Below, piece after piece: positions 1 to 10,271 of a stretch of DNA of 64,000 bases. The DNA comes from Thermoplasmata archaeon (GTDB lineage Archaea; Thermoplasmatota; Thermoplasmata; Lutacidiplasmatales; UBA184): NCBI GenBank assembly GCA_027314165.1, contig DAHVCH010000002.1, positions 103,716 through 167,715 of the forward strand, given 5' to 3'. Position numbers and translations under genes: made by a program. The first letter of the stretch is position 1. Each line of letters opens with the position of its first letter. A model generated the notes under the pieces. That model searched no databases, was not told the origin of the DNA, and worked only from the letters and a program-made list of their open reading frames with translations.

Positions 1-1
1 C

Positions 2-472
2 GCGAAGCTCGGACCGACCTGGTTGCCGGTGGTCGCGAACCCGTCGGTGCCGAACCTCTTCGCGATCGCGACCTCGGGACCGGCAGGGGACGTCCTCTTC
101 GTCGTGAACTGCGACCAGAACCGCTCGGTGGGCCTGGACCTTGCAGGGTCCGGATTCCCGCTCGCCTCGGCCGGTTCGGCCTGGTCCTGGGGATCCTCGA
201 GCACGACCCCGACCGGTTCCTCATGGTCTCAGGGTGGACCGACCAGCTGGACCCTGGCGCCCGAGGGGCTGCTCCTGCTGGTGTCCTCCTCCCCCTTCCA
301 GCTCACCGCCGCGCCCACCCTCGCCGGGGCCCCCGCGGGCGTAGCCTCTGCCTCGCTGCAGCCCCCCCCGCCCTCGGGTCTTTCCTGGACCTCCGAGGGG
401 CTCGCGTTCTGGCAGCTCTCGGAGCCCCAGGTCCTCCTCTCTCGAGGAGGGCGACTAGCAGCGTTTATATAG
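2..472 (+). CDS. hypothetical protein, C-terminal fragment (gene starts upstream of the window)
   Basis: Frame is open from base 2 to TAG at 470-472. The Ser/Thr/Gly/Trp-rich, beta-strand-like tail (VVNCDQNRSVGLDL, TLAPEGLLLLV) resembles C-terminal sandwich domains of secreted hydrolases. No catalytic motif is visible. Confidence 0.35.
   Translation, partial: AKLGPTWLPVVANPSVPNLFAIATSGPAGDVLFVVNCDQNRSVGLDLAGSGFPLASAGSAWSWGSSSTTPTGSSWSQGGPTSWTLAPEGLLLLVSSSPFQLTAAPTLAGAPAGVASASLQPPPPSGLSWTSEGLAFWQLSEPQVLLSRGGRLAAFI
464..471 (+). promoter_or_regulatory. TATA-box-like element (TTTATATA) upstream of the thermosome gene
   Basis: AT island in otherwise GC-rich DNA, about 55 nt upstream of ATG 525. 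This is a typical archaeal BRE/TATA position if the 5' UTR is about 30 nt. Confidence 0.45.
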
Positions 473-493
473 AAGCGCTCCCTCACCCGACAT

Positions 494-509
494 GGCACGT
501 TAGCGTGCC
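494..509 (+). promoter_or_regulatory. perfect inverted repeat GGCACG-TTAG-CGTGCC at the predicted thermosome transcription start
   Basis: 6+6 bp palindrome read directly, 23 nt downstream of the TATA-like element and 16 nt upstream of the ATG. Candidate operator or 5' UTR hairpin. Confidence 0.3.
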
Positions 510-524
510 GTATCGGAGAAGAAC

Positions 525-2186
525 ATGATGTCCGGACAGACGCCGATCCTGGTGCTGAGGGAAGGAACGAAGCGAGAGAAGGGACGCGGAGCGCTCTCCA
601 ACAACATCTCCGCGGCGAAGGCGATCGCGGACTCCGTCCGCTCGACGCTGGGTCCGCGCGGGCTCGACAAGATGCTGGTGGACTCCATGGGCGACGTCGT
701 CGTCACGAACGACGGGGTCACTATCCTGAAGGAGATGGACGTCGAGCACCCGGCCGCGAAGATGCTGGTCGAGGTCGCCAAGACCCAGGACCAGGAGTGC
801 GGCGACGGTACGACCACCGCGGTCATCCTCGCCGGAGAGCTTCTGAAGCGCGCCGAATCCCTCATCGAACAGAACATTCACCCGACCGTGATCTCCCAGG
901 GGTACCGGATGGCCAGTCAGAAGGCCCTCGAGGTCCTGGACTCGATCAGCGAGAAGGTCGACATCAAGGACATCGCGACGCTCCAGAAGATCGCGAAGAC
1001 CGCGATGGCCTCCAAGACCGTCTCGTTCAACCGGGACTCCCTCGCGGACCTCTCCGTGAAGGCGGTGACCCTGGTCGCCGAGAAGACCGACCGCGGCTAC
1101 TACGTCGACCTGGACAACATCCAGATCATCAAGAAGCAGGGCGGCTCGATGTCCGACACCCAGCTCATCGAGGGCGTCATCGTGGACAAGGAGAAGGTCC
1201 ACAGCGGCATGCCTTCGACGGTCGCCTCCCCCAAGATCGCGCTGCTCGACGCCGCGCTCGAGATCAAGAAGACCGAGATCGACGCGAAGATCGAGATCAA
1301 CGACCCCTCGCAGCTGAACGCCTTCCTCCAGGAGGAGGAAAGCATGCTGCGCAAGATGGTCGAGACCGTGAAGCGCTCCGGTGCGACGGCCGTCTTCTGC
1401 CAGAAGGGGATCGACGACCTCGCCCAGCACTTCCTCGCCAAGGAGGGCATCTACGCGGTGCGCCGCGTCAAGAAGTCCGACATGGAGAAGCTCGCGAAGG
1501 CCACCGGCGGGAACATCGTCTCGAAGGTGAGCGAGCTCACCAAGGACGACCTCGGGACCGCAGGCAAGGTCGAGGAGCGGAAGATCGGTGACGACCAGAT
1601 GACCTTCGTCACTGGCGCGACCAAGGCGAAGGCCGTCTCCATCCTGATGCGGGGCGGCACCGAGCACGTCGTGGACGAGATCGAGCGCTCCATGGAGGAC
1701 GCGCTCAACGTCGTCGCCGTCGCCATCGAGGACGGGAAGATCGTCACCGGCGGCGGTTCCTCGGCCGAGGAGCTCGCCATGAGGCTCCGCGACGAGGCCG
1801 CGAAGATCGGGGGACGCGAGCAGATGGCGTTCGAGACCTTCGCCGAGGCGCTGGAGACGGTGCCCCGGACCCTCGCCGAGAACGCCGGGCTCGACCCCAT
1901 CGACATCCTGATCGAGCTCCGCAAGAGCCACAAGGCGGGGAAGCGCAATGCGGGCGTCAACGTCATGAGCGGCAAGGTCGACGACATGACCACCCAGAAC
2001 GTCATCGAACCGATCCGGGTCGGCCGCCAGGCCATCCAGTCGGCGACGGACGCGGCGGTCATGATCCTGCGGATCGACGACGTCATCGCCTCCAAGTCCG
2101 GCCCCGCGCCCGGCGGCGCCCCCCCTGGTGGGATGGGCGGCATGGGCGGCATGGGTGGAATGGGCGGCGACTTCGGCGAGGACTGA
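525..2186 (+). CDS. ths: thermosome subunit (group II chaperonin, CCT/TCP-1 family)
   Basis: Full-length 553-aa ORF with group II chaperonin hallmarks ([38 protein letters not shown]) and a C-terminal [14 protein letters not shown] tail. ATG at 525, TGA at 2184-2186. Confidence 0.97.
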   Translation: MMSGQTPILVLREGTKREKGRGALSNNISAAKAIADSVRSTLGPRGLDKMLVDSMGDVVVTNDGVTILKEMDVEHPAAKMLVEVAKTQDQECGDGTTTAVILAGELLKRAESLIEQNIHPTVISQGYRMASQKALEVLDSISEKVDIKDIATLQKIAKTAMASKTVSFNRDSLADLSVKAVTLVAEKTDRGYYVDLDNIQIIKKQGGSMSDTQLIEGVIVDKEKVHSGMPSTVASPKIALLDAALEIKKTEIDAKIEINDPSQLNAFLQEEESMLRKMVETVKRSGATAVFCQKGIDDLAQHFLAKEGIYAVRRVKKSDMEKLAKATGGNIVSKVSELTKDDLGTAGKVEERKIGDDQMTFVTGATKAKAVSILMRGGTEHVVDEIERSMEDALNVVAVAIEDGKIVTGGGSSAEELAMRLRDEAAKIGGREQMAFETFAEALETVPRTLAENAGLDPIDILIELRKSHKAGKRNAGVNVMSGKVDDMTTQNVIEPIRVGRQAIQSATDAAVMILRIDDVIASKSGPAPGGAPPGGMGGMGGMGGMGGDFGED

Positions 2187-2204
2187 ACCGCGGTCCCATC
2201 CGAG

Positions 2205-2262
2205 CCTGGGGGGCCTTCTGCCCCCCAGGCCGGAACCCTTTCCCGAACCCCTTCCCTTTTCT
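2205..2262 (+). terminator. terminator-like element: perfect 10-bp GC hairpin followed by pyrimidine/T tracts
   Basis: CCTGGGGGGC-CTTCT-GCCCCCCAGG at 2205-2229, then CCCTTTCCC...CCCTTTTCTCCC (TTTT at 2257-2260). It lies 19 nt after the thermosome stop. Confidence 0.4.
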
Positions 2263-2360
2263 CCCAGCCACGGCGCTCGATCTCGGGGTGCGGCAGGCGC
2301 CTGCGGGATATCGCGGACCCGGGGGAACCCTTCGGGTGCGCCGTTCGGTCGAGGACCGCG

Positions 2361-2933
2361 TCAGTCTCTCAGCCCGCGTACGAGCCCATCGAGGGCCTTC
2401 CCGCGGTGGGAGAGCCGGTCCTTCTCCTCGGGGGTCATCTCGGCGAAGGTCCGGTGCTCCCCCGAGGGGACGAAGATCGGGTCGAACCCGAACCCGCCAG
2501 CCCCTCGTGGAGCCGAGGAGATCTTCCCCAGCACCTCTCCCAGGATCAGCCTCGGTCGCCCCCCCGCGCCCTCGCGGAGGCCCATGACGGCCCGGAAGGT
2601 GGCCGAGCGGTCCCCTCTCGGGACGAGCCGGGCCACCGCCGCGGGGCCGAGCGTGCGCAGCACGTACGCGGAATAGACCCCCGGGAAGCCGTTCAACGCG
2701 TGGATGAACAGGCCCGCGTCCTCGACCAAGCAAAGACCCGGAGCGCGGGGGACCTGGTCGAGCTTCGCCCGCGCCACGGTCTCCAGGTCGTCGGCCTGGG
2801 GTTCCACGAGGGTCCGGCGACCCTGGACGACGTTCCATCCCAGGGGGGCGAGCCGGAGGCGCACCTCAGCAACCTTGCCCCGGTTCCCGGTGAAGAAGGT
2901 GAGCGTCCTTCGCCCGCGGGAGGGCGACGGCAT
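2361..2933 (-). CDS. rdgB: non-canonical purine NTP pyrophosphatase (RdgB/HAM1/ITPase family)
   Basis: Motifs FFTGNRGKVAE, EDAGLFI.ALNG.PGVYSA, GFGFDPIF, SHRGKAL. I trimmed the ORF-track 250-aa frame to the internal ATG at 2933 (cat at 2931-2933). Confidence 0.9.
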   Translation of the reverse strand: MPSPSRGRRTLTFFTGNRGKVAEVRLRLAPLGWNVVQGRRTLVEPQADDLETVARAKLDQVPRAPGLCLVEDAGLFIHALNGFPGVYSAYVLRTLGPAAVARLVPRGDRSATFRAVMGLREGAGGRPRLILGEVLGKISSAPRGAGGFGFDPIFVPSGEHRTFAEMTPEEKDRLSHRGKALDGLVRGLRD

Positions 2934-2938
2934 GCCCT

Positions 2939-3472
2939 TCACCAGCTGTAGGAGTCGTACCCGACGATCTCGGAGAGGGTCTTGCGGGGATTGTGACCGC
3001 CGTTGCTCGGGCCGGTAGCGTCCGCATAACCCAGGGGAAGGACCCCCACGACGCGAACCCCTTCCGGAAGCTCGAGCTGTTCGCGGAGCTTGTCCTCTCG
3101 GAACTCGGTGCACCAGCAGCTCCCGAGCCCTTCTGCGGTGGCCGCGAGGAGCATGTTCTGGATGGACGCGGCCACGTCCAGAGGGTAGGTCAACATGTAT
3201 CCGCCGAGAAGGGAAGCGGAGGCCTCCTCCACCCCGAGAGCGACCAGAACGACCGGGGCCTTCGTCAGGAAGTGGCCCTTGGTCACCGCCTGCGAAAGAC
3301 GGCGCTTGCTTTCCTCGTCACGAATGACGATGAACCGCCAGGGCTGCTGGTTGTCCGCCGAGGACGCGAACCGGGCGGCGTTCAGGATCCGCTGGAGGGT
3401 GTCTTCCTGGATCGGGCGGGGCTGGTACGCCAGGCAGGGCTTCCATGCCTTGATCGCTTCGTGAACGTCCAT
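2939..3472 (-). CDS. nitroreductase family protein
   Basis: The C-terminal 177 aa of ORF 2939..4129 match the nitroreductase fold (RFASSADNQQPWRFIVI, LLAATAEGLGSCW, PLGY). ATG at 3472. The upstream 219 aa of the ORF are Arg/Gly/Pro junk. The stop lies 5 nt from the rdgB start, so an operon is likely. Confidence 0.85.
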   Translation of the reverse strand: MDVHEAIKAWKPCLAYQPRPIQEDTLQRILNAARFASSADNQQPWRFIVIRDEESKRRLSQAVTKGHFLTKAPVVLVALGVEEASASLLGGYMLTYPLDVAASIQNMLLAATAEGLGSCWCTEFREDKLREQLELPEGVRVVGVLPLGYADATGPSNGGHNPRKTLSEIVGYDSYSW

Positions 3473-3700
3473 GACGACAGCGAAGGGGGATTTGGCCGAT
3501 CGCTCCCTCTTAGAGGGACACGCGGGAGGGCGAAGACACCATTCGAAGGTCCCCAGTCGCGTTGGCATAAAAGGTCGCTGTCCGATGCGCACCGGCCCTC
3601 GTCTGCCCCGTGGGACGGCTACGGGCTTCTGCGTGTCTTCCCGGTGGGCAAAAGTCGCTCTCAAAGGCCGGTTCTTATCCCTCGTGCGACCTCCCGGGGC

Positions 3701-4273
3701 ATGGTCGACCGCTCCGCGAAGTCGCCCGGACCGAGGCGAGCCGGTGGGGAAGGGCCCCCCCTCCCCCCCGGAATACGGAGGGTCGTCGAAGCGACCCATC
3801 GAGGGGCTACCGAGCGAGCCTCCCGTATCGTGGAAGAGGACGAGCCCCGTGACCCTGAGGTGGTCTCCCCCGACCACAAGATCCCGGAGGTCACCTCCGA
3901 GGAGCTCGAGGGGTGCGACTGGCTTCCCGCTCTGACGTGGCACCACCCCGAGGGCGGAGCGTTCCCGGGGGAGTACGGGGTCATCGCCCAGCCCTTCACG
4001 GCCGGTCCGACCCAAACAGGCTACCAGGACCATGAGGGACGACCCCTCACCTACCTCGTGCTCTTCGTCATGGGGGCGGTCGCCCCCGGGGCCGCGCTGC
4101 CTCCCGAGACCCTTCAGGCCGCGTTCCACGACACGATGATGCGGGCCACTCGCCTCGCGAAGGGCCTCAGCGAGGAGATGAACAACGCGACCATCCGTCT
4201 GCTCCTCGTGAGGATGCCGGAGTGGATGGCGCGAAAGCTCGTCCCCGGGATGCGCGGGGTCCGGCCGGTGTGA
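3701..4273 (+). CDS. hypothetical protein (start uncertain; alternative GTG at 3830)
   Basis: The 3' part of ORF 2993..4273 has coding-like codon usage and a non-degenerate sequence (PLTYLVLFVMGA...RLAKGLSEEMNNATIRLLLVRMPEWMARKL). No family recognised. Confidence 0.35.
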   Translation: MVDRSAKSPGPRRAGGEGPPLPPGIRRVVEATHRGATERASRIVEEDEPRDPEVVSPDHKIPEVTSEELEGCDWLPALTWHHPEGGAFPGEYGVIAQPFTAGPTQTGYQDHEGRPLTYLVLFVMGAVAPGAALPPETLQAAFHDTMMRATRLAKGLSEEMNNATIRLLLVRMPEWMARKLVPGMRGVRPV

Positions 4274-4471
4274 CCGGGCCGCTCCGCGGCCCTAGTGTTC
4301 ACGCGGGTGGACCCGCGGGTCGCGGTGAGGACCACTCCCCCGGAGGGGGGCGAAGCACGCGTTGACAGACGGACCCTTCTGCACCTCCTAGATTCGCTCC
4401 CTGGCTCAGCCATCCTTCGAACCGACCTTTGTCGACAGGATTATCTGCTCCTCGACCCGCCTCGCGGTGGA

Positions 4472-5335
4472 ATGTCCGGGGCTGAAGACTCCCATTTCTC
4501 AATGCCCTTCAGCATGGACGACGTCACGAGCAAGATCGCCTACGCCTATGCGAAGCAGCAGGTCTTCGTCGTCCTAGGGCTCTTCAGCGTGGTCGCGGGC
4601 GCGCTTCTGGTGGTCCTGGAGTGGCCGACGCAGGCGGGCGATTCCTACCTCGGGCTCATCGATGACGTCGTTCTGCTCCTGGGCGGACTGGGGATCCTCT
4701 CGACGGTTGCGGTCGAGAAGGACCTCAAGCGCGTCAACCGGCACGCGATGGCCGTGCTCGCAGTGGTCGGCCTGGTCCAGGTCGTGGTGCTGGCGTTGAG
4801 CTTCTCTGGGATCCTGAAGATCGAGGATGCGGGCGACCTCAGCGATGACCTCGGGGTGGCAGCCGTGATCATTCTCGCGCTGGTGGCCTACCCCTTCCCG
4901 ACGCGAAGAGGGAGCGGACTCTATTCTCCCGACAAGGTGCGCATCCTCTCGAACGCCCGGACGCTCGCCTTCGCCGCGCTCGCGGGTGCGGTGGCCGCCC
5001 TGGGGGCACTCCCATCCTCCTCCGAACGCGCGGCGGCCTCCGGGCTGTTCATGTCGCCGTTCTCGGACGAGATCGGTCTTCTCGTCGTGGGAGCCCTGGG
5101 TGTCGTCCTCTTCCTAACTCTGGAGAACGGCCCCAAGCTCGTCCGCTGGTTGAGCGCAGTGGTCGGGGTGGAACTGGTCGTGGCCATCGGCGGGGCCGCG
5201 GACGAGGTCCGGAGCGTGGAGGCCCTCGGGGACGACATCCCCAAGGTCCTCGTTGCGCTCTTCGCACTGATCATCGTGTTCCTGGTGAGCCAACGCCTGA
5301 ACAAGGGGAAGACCATCATCGACCGGCGGGCCTGA
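4472..5335 (+). CDS. polytopic membrane protein, hypothetical
   Basis: About 8 hydrophobic helices (VFVVLGLFSVVAGALLVVL, AVLAVVGLVQVVVLAL and others). Internal ATG at 4472 chosen over the Arg-rich upstream extension. Confidence 0.5.
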   Translation: MSGAEDSHFSMPFSMDDVTSKIAYAYAKQQVFVVLGLFSVVAGALLVVLEWPTQAGDSYLGLIDDVVLLLGGLGILSTVAVEKDLKRVNRHAMAVLAVVGLVQVVVLALSFSGILKIEDAGDLSDDLGVAAVIILALVAYPFPTRRGSGLYSPDKVRILSNARTLAFAALAGAVAALGALPSSSERAAASGLFMSPFSDEIGLLVVGALGVVLFLTLENGPKLVRWLSAVVGVELVVAIGGAADEVRSVEALGDDIPKVLVALFALIIVFLVSQRLNKGKTIIDRRA

Positions 5336-5481
5336 GCCCTGCGTGCTCCCGCTCACGTCGGGGGGCCAACTCGAGACCACTCTCGGTGGTTCGCCCAGTG
5401 AGGGCCCGAACTCGGGCGCACCCGAGTCCAGTCCCGCGACGGGTTGGAGCAGTTCCAGGGTCGTGGGAAGTCGTGCGCAGG

Positions 5482-6396
5482 TCAGGGGGGGACCTGGAGC
5501 GCCTTCACGATCCCCGGAAGGCCGTCGCGGAAACTCGGGAACCGTGGACGCCATCCGAGGCCGCGGAGCGCGGCATTTGACGCGCGGCGGTTCGCGGCGT
5601 TCAGCTCGGCAAGCTCGGCTCCCCACTCCTGACGGGCCTTGGCCATGGGAATGCCCTGTGGGGGCGGCGCATGCAAGAGCTCCGAGAGAACGGTCGCGAA
5701 CTCCTTGACGGTCACGGGCTCATCGTCCACGACGAGGTACGTCGAAGCGGGAGGTGCGTCCTTCGCCAGGCGGAGCAAGGCGGTGCCGGCGTCCTCCCAA
5801 TGGATGGGGGACATGAAGTTCGAACCGTCGTCCAGGAATCGGAAGGTCCCTTCCCGGAGCTCCTGGGCCCATCCTGCGAGCCAAGAGCCCGGGCCGTAGA
5901 CCATCCCGGGTCGAGCAACGACCAGCTCCCGGATCTGCCCCTCGAGGACGGCCCGCCGCCCCAGTTCCTCCGTTGCGTAGTTCACCGCAGAGAGGTGAAC
6001 CGGTCGGGGCTCGCTTTCCTCGGTGATGGACCCGGGGGTCGACCCGTGGACCCAGTACCCCGACCCGATGAGAAGCCTCGGAACTCCGGCCCGCTCCGAC
6101 GCCTCGACCAGACGAAGGCCACCTTCGACCCTGACCCGTCGCATCTCCTCGATCGGACCGGAGCCGTTCTGGGCCAGGTGCACGACCGTCTCGCATCCGC
6201 GGAGCCCCTCGAGGTAGGTCTCCGGACGTAGGATGTCGCCCACCAACGCCTCGGCCCCCGCCGCCTCGACCTCGTGAGCCTTCGAGGAACTCCGAACGAG
6301 CGCGAGGACCGGCGTGCCATCTTTCTTGGCGGCGTTGAGCAGGCTCATCCCGAGGAAGCCGGACGCGCCCGCCACGAAAAGTCGAGGATGACCCAT
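5482..6396 (-). CDS. NAD(P)-dependent epimerase/dehydratase family oxidoreductase (extended SDR)
   Basis: N-terminal Rossmann motif FVAGASGFLG and SDR-like body. ATG at 6396 (cat at 6394-6396). The upstream 131 aa of ORF 5482..6792 were rejected as junk. Confidence 0.85.
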   Translation of the reverse strand: MGHPRLFVAGASGFLGMSLLNAAKKDGTPVLALVRSSSKAHEVEAAGAEALVGDILRPETYLEGLRGCETVVHLAQNGSGPIEEMRRVRVEGGLRLVEASERAGVPRLLIGSGYWVHGSTPGSITEESEPRPVHLSAVNYATEELGRRAVLEGQIRELVVARPGMVYGPGSWLAGWAQELREGTFRFLDDGSNFMSPIHWEDAGTALLRLAKDAPPASTYLVVDDEPVTVKEFATVLSELLHAPPPQGIPMAKARQEWGAELAELNAANRRASNAALRGLGWRPRFPSFRDGLPGIVKALQVPP

Positions 6397-6601
6397 GCTC
6401 GACCCCCCGACCTCGGGCCCGAACAGCCACGAAGGTCGATAATCCTTGAGACCCAGATCGCTTCGTCTTTGGGCCACGTGGTGCCCGTTATCGAGCCCCA
6501 AGTGGGTGCCCCTCCCGAGCGACCGATCCTCACCGCCTGTCCGCCCCGCTCTGGCGTTTCTGCCGCGCCGGGCACTACCGTCATCTCGACCGAGCCTGGG
6601 C

Positions 6602-6892
6602 TCAAGCCTTGAACTCAAGCTTTCCGAGGTTGTGGCCCGTGGCGCGGCGGGGAGCGTCGTCGACTTGCGCAGCCGGGGACACCCCCGGGAGGTTGCCGCG
6701 CGCCGGCGGCCAGAATCCATCGCTCCGACCGGGTTCGCCGGCCGTTGCTGCGTGACCTGGATACGCTGCCTCGGGGTCCCGTTCGATGCCAACCACTCGA
6801 CCTTCGGGGCCCATCCTCCTGCTCAAGGGTCCGAGGATGCCCATGCCCCCGCAACCCAAATCCAAAGTGAACACGTCAGGCTGGAGGAACAC
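6602..6892 (-). pseudogene. remnant of a class I SAM-dependent methyltransferase (motif I region only)
   Basis: The 96-aa ORF contains VFTLDLGCGGMGILG...GRVVGIERD (SAM-binding motif I plus the acidic post-I residue). It lacks the usual N-terminal region and everything after motif II. No continuation is seen in other frames. Confidence 0.3.
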
Positions 6893-7054
6893 CAGGGAAG
6901 ACGTGGTGCGGCGTAGGGTGGTCTATTCCGCGCAGGTTCTGCCGAAGGCGGGAGCGCGCGGCGAGAGACGGAGTAGCCCCGACCGGATCGCGGCCCAGGG
7001 AAGGCTGGAATACGACCTGGAGGCGCCCCGGTCCTCTCCTCCAGCCGATGAACC

Positions 7055-7399
7055 CTAGGCCAACTCGAGGACTAGCCGGGTCCCCTTGTCCGGAGCGACC
7101 AGGACCTCCTGGCCGCTCTTCATCTTCAGATACCGGGCGAGGGGGGAGGGGATTCGCACCACGAGAGAATTCCCCGAGCGGGCGACCTTCACCTTTGAGG
7201 CAAGCCCCCATAGGCCCAACTCCTTCGCGCGAGACTCGAGGGCATCCATGCTCTTGGAAGAGAGGAAGGACTCCCCGCACGCGTCGCAAGTCTCTGCGTC
7301 GAACGACCCTAGATCCACCCCGAACAACCCCTCGTTGACGCGTCCGGCGTGGAGGGTTCCCTTCCCACACACCGGGCATCGCTCCTTCGCTGCTACCAT
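7055..7399 (-). CDS. antitoxin: YgiT/MqsA-type zinc ribbon fused to an AbrB/SpoVT-like domain
   Basis: CPVCGKG...CDACGES zinc ribbon at the N-terminus. The C-terminus SGNSLVVRIPSPLARYLKMKSGQEVLV is a typical AbrB/MazE swapped-hairpin motif. It overlaps the upstream toxin gene by 7 nt. Confidence 0.75.
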   Translation of the reverse strand: MVAAKERCPVCGKGTLHAGRVNEGLFGVDLGSFDAETCDACGESFLSSKSMDALESRAKELGLWGLASKVKVARSGNSLVVRIPSPLARYLKMKSGQEVLVAPDKGTRLVLELA

Positions 7400-7599
7400 C
7401 GGGGTTTCACGGTGATGACGAACACGCGCTCTCCTCGTACGACATAGGCCACCTCAAAATACCGATAGCTTGCGACCACTCGCCCCTCCTGACGGGACTT
7501 CGCCCCCGATCGGATCGCCGCCTCCACCTCTCGCCGCGAGATCCCCCGGAGCACCATTCGTTGACGGGCATGTCTGCTGTAGACGACCTCGGGGGTCAT
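7393..7599 (-). CDS. DUF4258-family toxin (putative RNase toxin)
   Basis: 68 aa. YSRHARQRMVLRGISRREVEAAI matches the DUF4258 signature (HA..Rm..RgI....V). Translationally coupled to the downstream antitoxin. Confidence 0.75.
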   Translation of the reverse strand: MTPEVVYSRHARQRMVLRGISRREVEAAIRSGAKSRQEGRVVASYRYFEVAYVVRGERVFVITVKPRW

Positions 7600-7795
7600 C
7601 CGTTACACGTACTATCCGTATTACCTTAAGGGTTTCGACCAGCTGCACGGACCGCCATCTCCCGACGGTTTCTGCGATGAGAAAACTCGACATGGGTCTT
7701 GTGTTGGACCAGCTTGGCAAAGCGGGCCAAGTGCGAAGGGACTGCCGGGCGAGAGGCTCGATCGGGGTTGGGCCGTCGATGTGGCGCCTATCGTC

Positions 7796-8902
<1,107 letters not shown>

Positions 8903-9028
8903 CTACGGCGTGACCCGCCATGGATCCTCCGTTCGGGTCTCGTCGCGTCATGGATGGGGGAACCTCAGAACCCCAACCGGTGGGATGCGGCCTTGACAGG
9001 AAAGGGTGTATTCCTGCTTGTACAAAGA

Positions 9029-9101
9029 TAGCCCCGACCGGATTCGAACCGGTGTCACAGGCTCCAAAGGCCCGTATGCTTGGCCACTACACCACGGGGC
9101 T
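9029..9101 (-). tRNA. tRNA-Gln (anticodon UUG)
   Basis: Cloverleaf folded by hand on the minus strand. Acceptor AGCCCCG/CGGGGCT, D stem GTGT/GCAT, anticodon stem CGGGC/GCCTG with loop CTTTGGA, T arm ACCGG-TTCGAAT-CCGGT, discriminator A. 73 nt, no CCA encoded. Confidence 0.9.
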
Positions 9102-9221
9102 GCGGAAGTTCCGCAGGCGGGAACGGTTTTGGAACTATCGCCTCCTCCCCCCGGGGCGCCACCCCCCCTTCGGGAGCTGTGGGAAGAGCTTCTATTACCC
9201 TCCCCGTGAAATCCCCGAATC

Positions 9222-10271
9222 GTGAAGGTCCTCCTCCTCGGCAGCGGCGTGCTCCCCGTTCCGCCCCCGGGCTGGGGGGCGGTCGAACGGGCGATCGACG
9301 GGCTCGCCCGGGGCCTCCAGAGCTTGGATGTCGAGGTCCAGGTCGTTCAGAGGATCGGCAGCGGCCGACCCATCGACGAGTACCGGTTCGCCCTCGCCCT
9401 CCCGAAGATGCTGCGGCAGGAGCGGGGCGACATCGTGCATGCGTCCACGCCGGTGGTCGCGAACCGTCTCATCCTCGCCCACGTACCGTACGTCTACACC
9501 TCCCATTCCCGGCACTGGAACGGGGTCCGCGGACCAAGCCAGTCCTGGGGGTTCTATCTGGAGAAGAGGGCGTGCGCACGGGCCGAAAGGACGTTCGCGC
9601 TGACGCCAAAGGTCGCGGAGCTGATGGGTCGCGTGCACCCCACGACCCGAAGGGACAGGATCCGGGTCATCCCGAACGGGGTGGACCCCGCCTTCTTCCA
9701 CGCCGAGTGGAGCGTTCGGTTCGGGCATCAGGTCCTGGGCGTGGGAGCCGTCCACCCGCGCAAGCGCTGGCACCTGGCGGCACGCGCGGTCCGGGAGATC
9801 CCCGGAGCGACGCTCACGATCGTCGGGCCCGTCCAGGACCGGGCCTACGCCGACCTAGTGGTCCGCCTGGGGGGAGGGTCCGAGCGGGTGGTCATCGCCG
9901 GCGAGGTCACCGAGGCTGAGCTTCAGCGACGCTACGCCGCAAGCGACCTCCTCCTGCATCCCAGCGGGTCGGAGCTCCTGAGCATCACCGTTCTGGAGGC
10001 CATGGCCAGCTCCCTCCCAGTGGTGGGCACGACGGTGCTCGAGGAGGAGGTGCCGGCAGGGACCGCGGGGGTCCTCGTCGACGAGCGCCTTCCCATCGAC
10101 CAGAAGGTCGCTCAGTTCCGTGAGGCGGTCTCGGCGCTTCTCTCCGACGAGGGCCGGAGGAGGGCCATGGGCCAAGAGGGGCGACGCGTCATCGAGGAGC
10201 GGCACGCGTGGCCGAAGGTGGCCGAAGCTACGCTCGCGGTCTACCGCGAGCTGCTCACTCCCCCGCGTTGA
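9222..10271 (+). CDS. glycosyltransferase family 4 (GT-B fold)
   Basis: N-terminal GWGAVERAI and C-terminal HPSGSELLSITVLEAMASSLPVV (the E-x7-E region). GTG start at 9222. Confidence 0.85.
   Translation: MKVLLLGSGVLPVPPPGWGAVERAIDGLARGLQSLDVEVQVVQRIGSGRPIDEYRFALALPKMLRQERGDIVHASTPVVANRLILAHVPYVYTSHSRHWNGVRGPSQSWGFYLEKRACARAERTFALTPKVAELMGRVHPTTRRDRIRVIPNGVDPAFFHAEWSVRFGHQVLGVGAVHPRKRWHLAARAVREIPGATLTIVGPVQDRAYADLVVRLGGGSERVVIAGEVTEAELQRRYAASDLLLHPSGSELLSITVLEAMASSLPVVGTTVLEEEVPAGTAGVLVDERLPIDQKVAQFREAVSALLSDEGRRRAMGQEGRRVIEERHAWPKVAEATLAVYRELLTPPR

Noticed and set aside
483-1931. 482-aa ORF antisense to the thermosome gene, plus other overlapping ORFs (797..1591 +, 1451..2152 -)
   Set aside because: It is Arg/Gly/Asp/Leu/His-rich with no motifs and lies entirely inside an unmistakable chaperonin gene. 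This is typical GC-driven shadow ORF behaviour.
2939-4129. Long N-terminal extensions on ORF-track entries (2939..4129, 5482..6792, 25837..27090, 26849..29668, 50197..51717, 50967..52250, 53587..55788, 56997..59624, 59048..60037)
   Set aside because: In each case the family-typical N-terminus begins at an internal ATG, GTG or TTG located just after the upstream gene. The extension is Arg/Pro/Gly-rich and overlaps that neighbour.
6602-6892. Functional SAM-dependent methyltransferase
   Set aside because: Only about 40 residues around motif I look methyltransferase-like. The ORF is 96 aa with no upstream or downstream continuation in any frame, so I treat it as a remnant.
9029-9101. tRNA-Gln as an attachment site of an integrated element
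   Set aside because: There is no integrase gene, and no direct repeat of the tRNA 3' half was found within the flanking 3 kb by eye.
9080-9919. 279-aa plus-strand ORF running from within the tRNA-Gln locus across the GT4 gene start
   Set aside because: It overlaps a tRNA and lies out of frame with the GT4 gene that carries the glycosyltransferase motifs. Its composition is Arg/Gly/Pro-rich.
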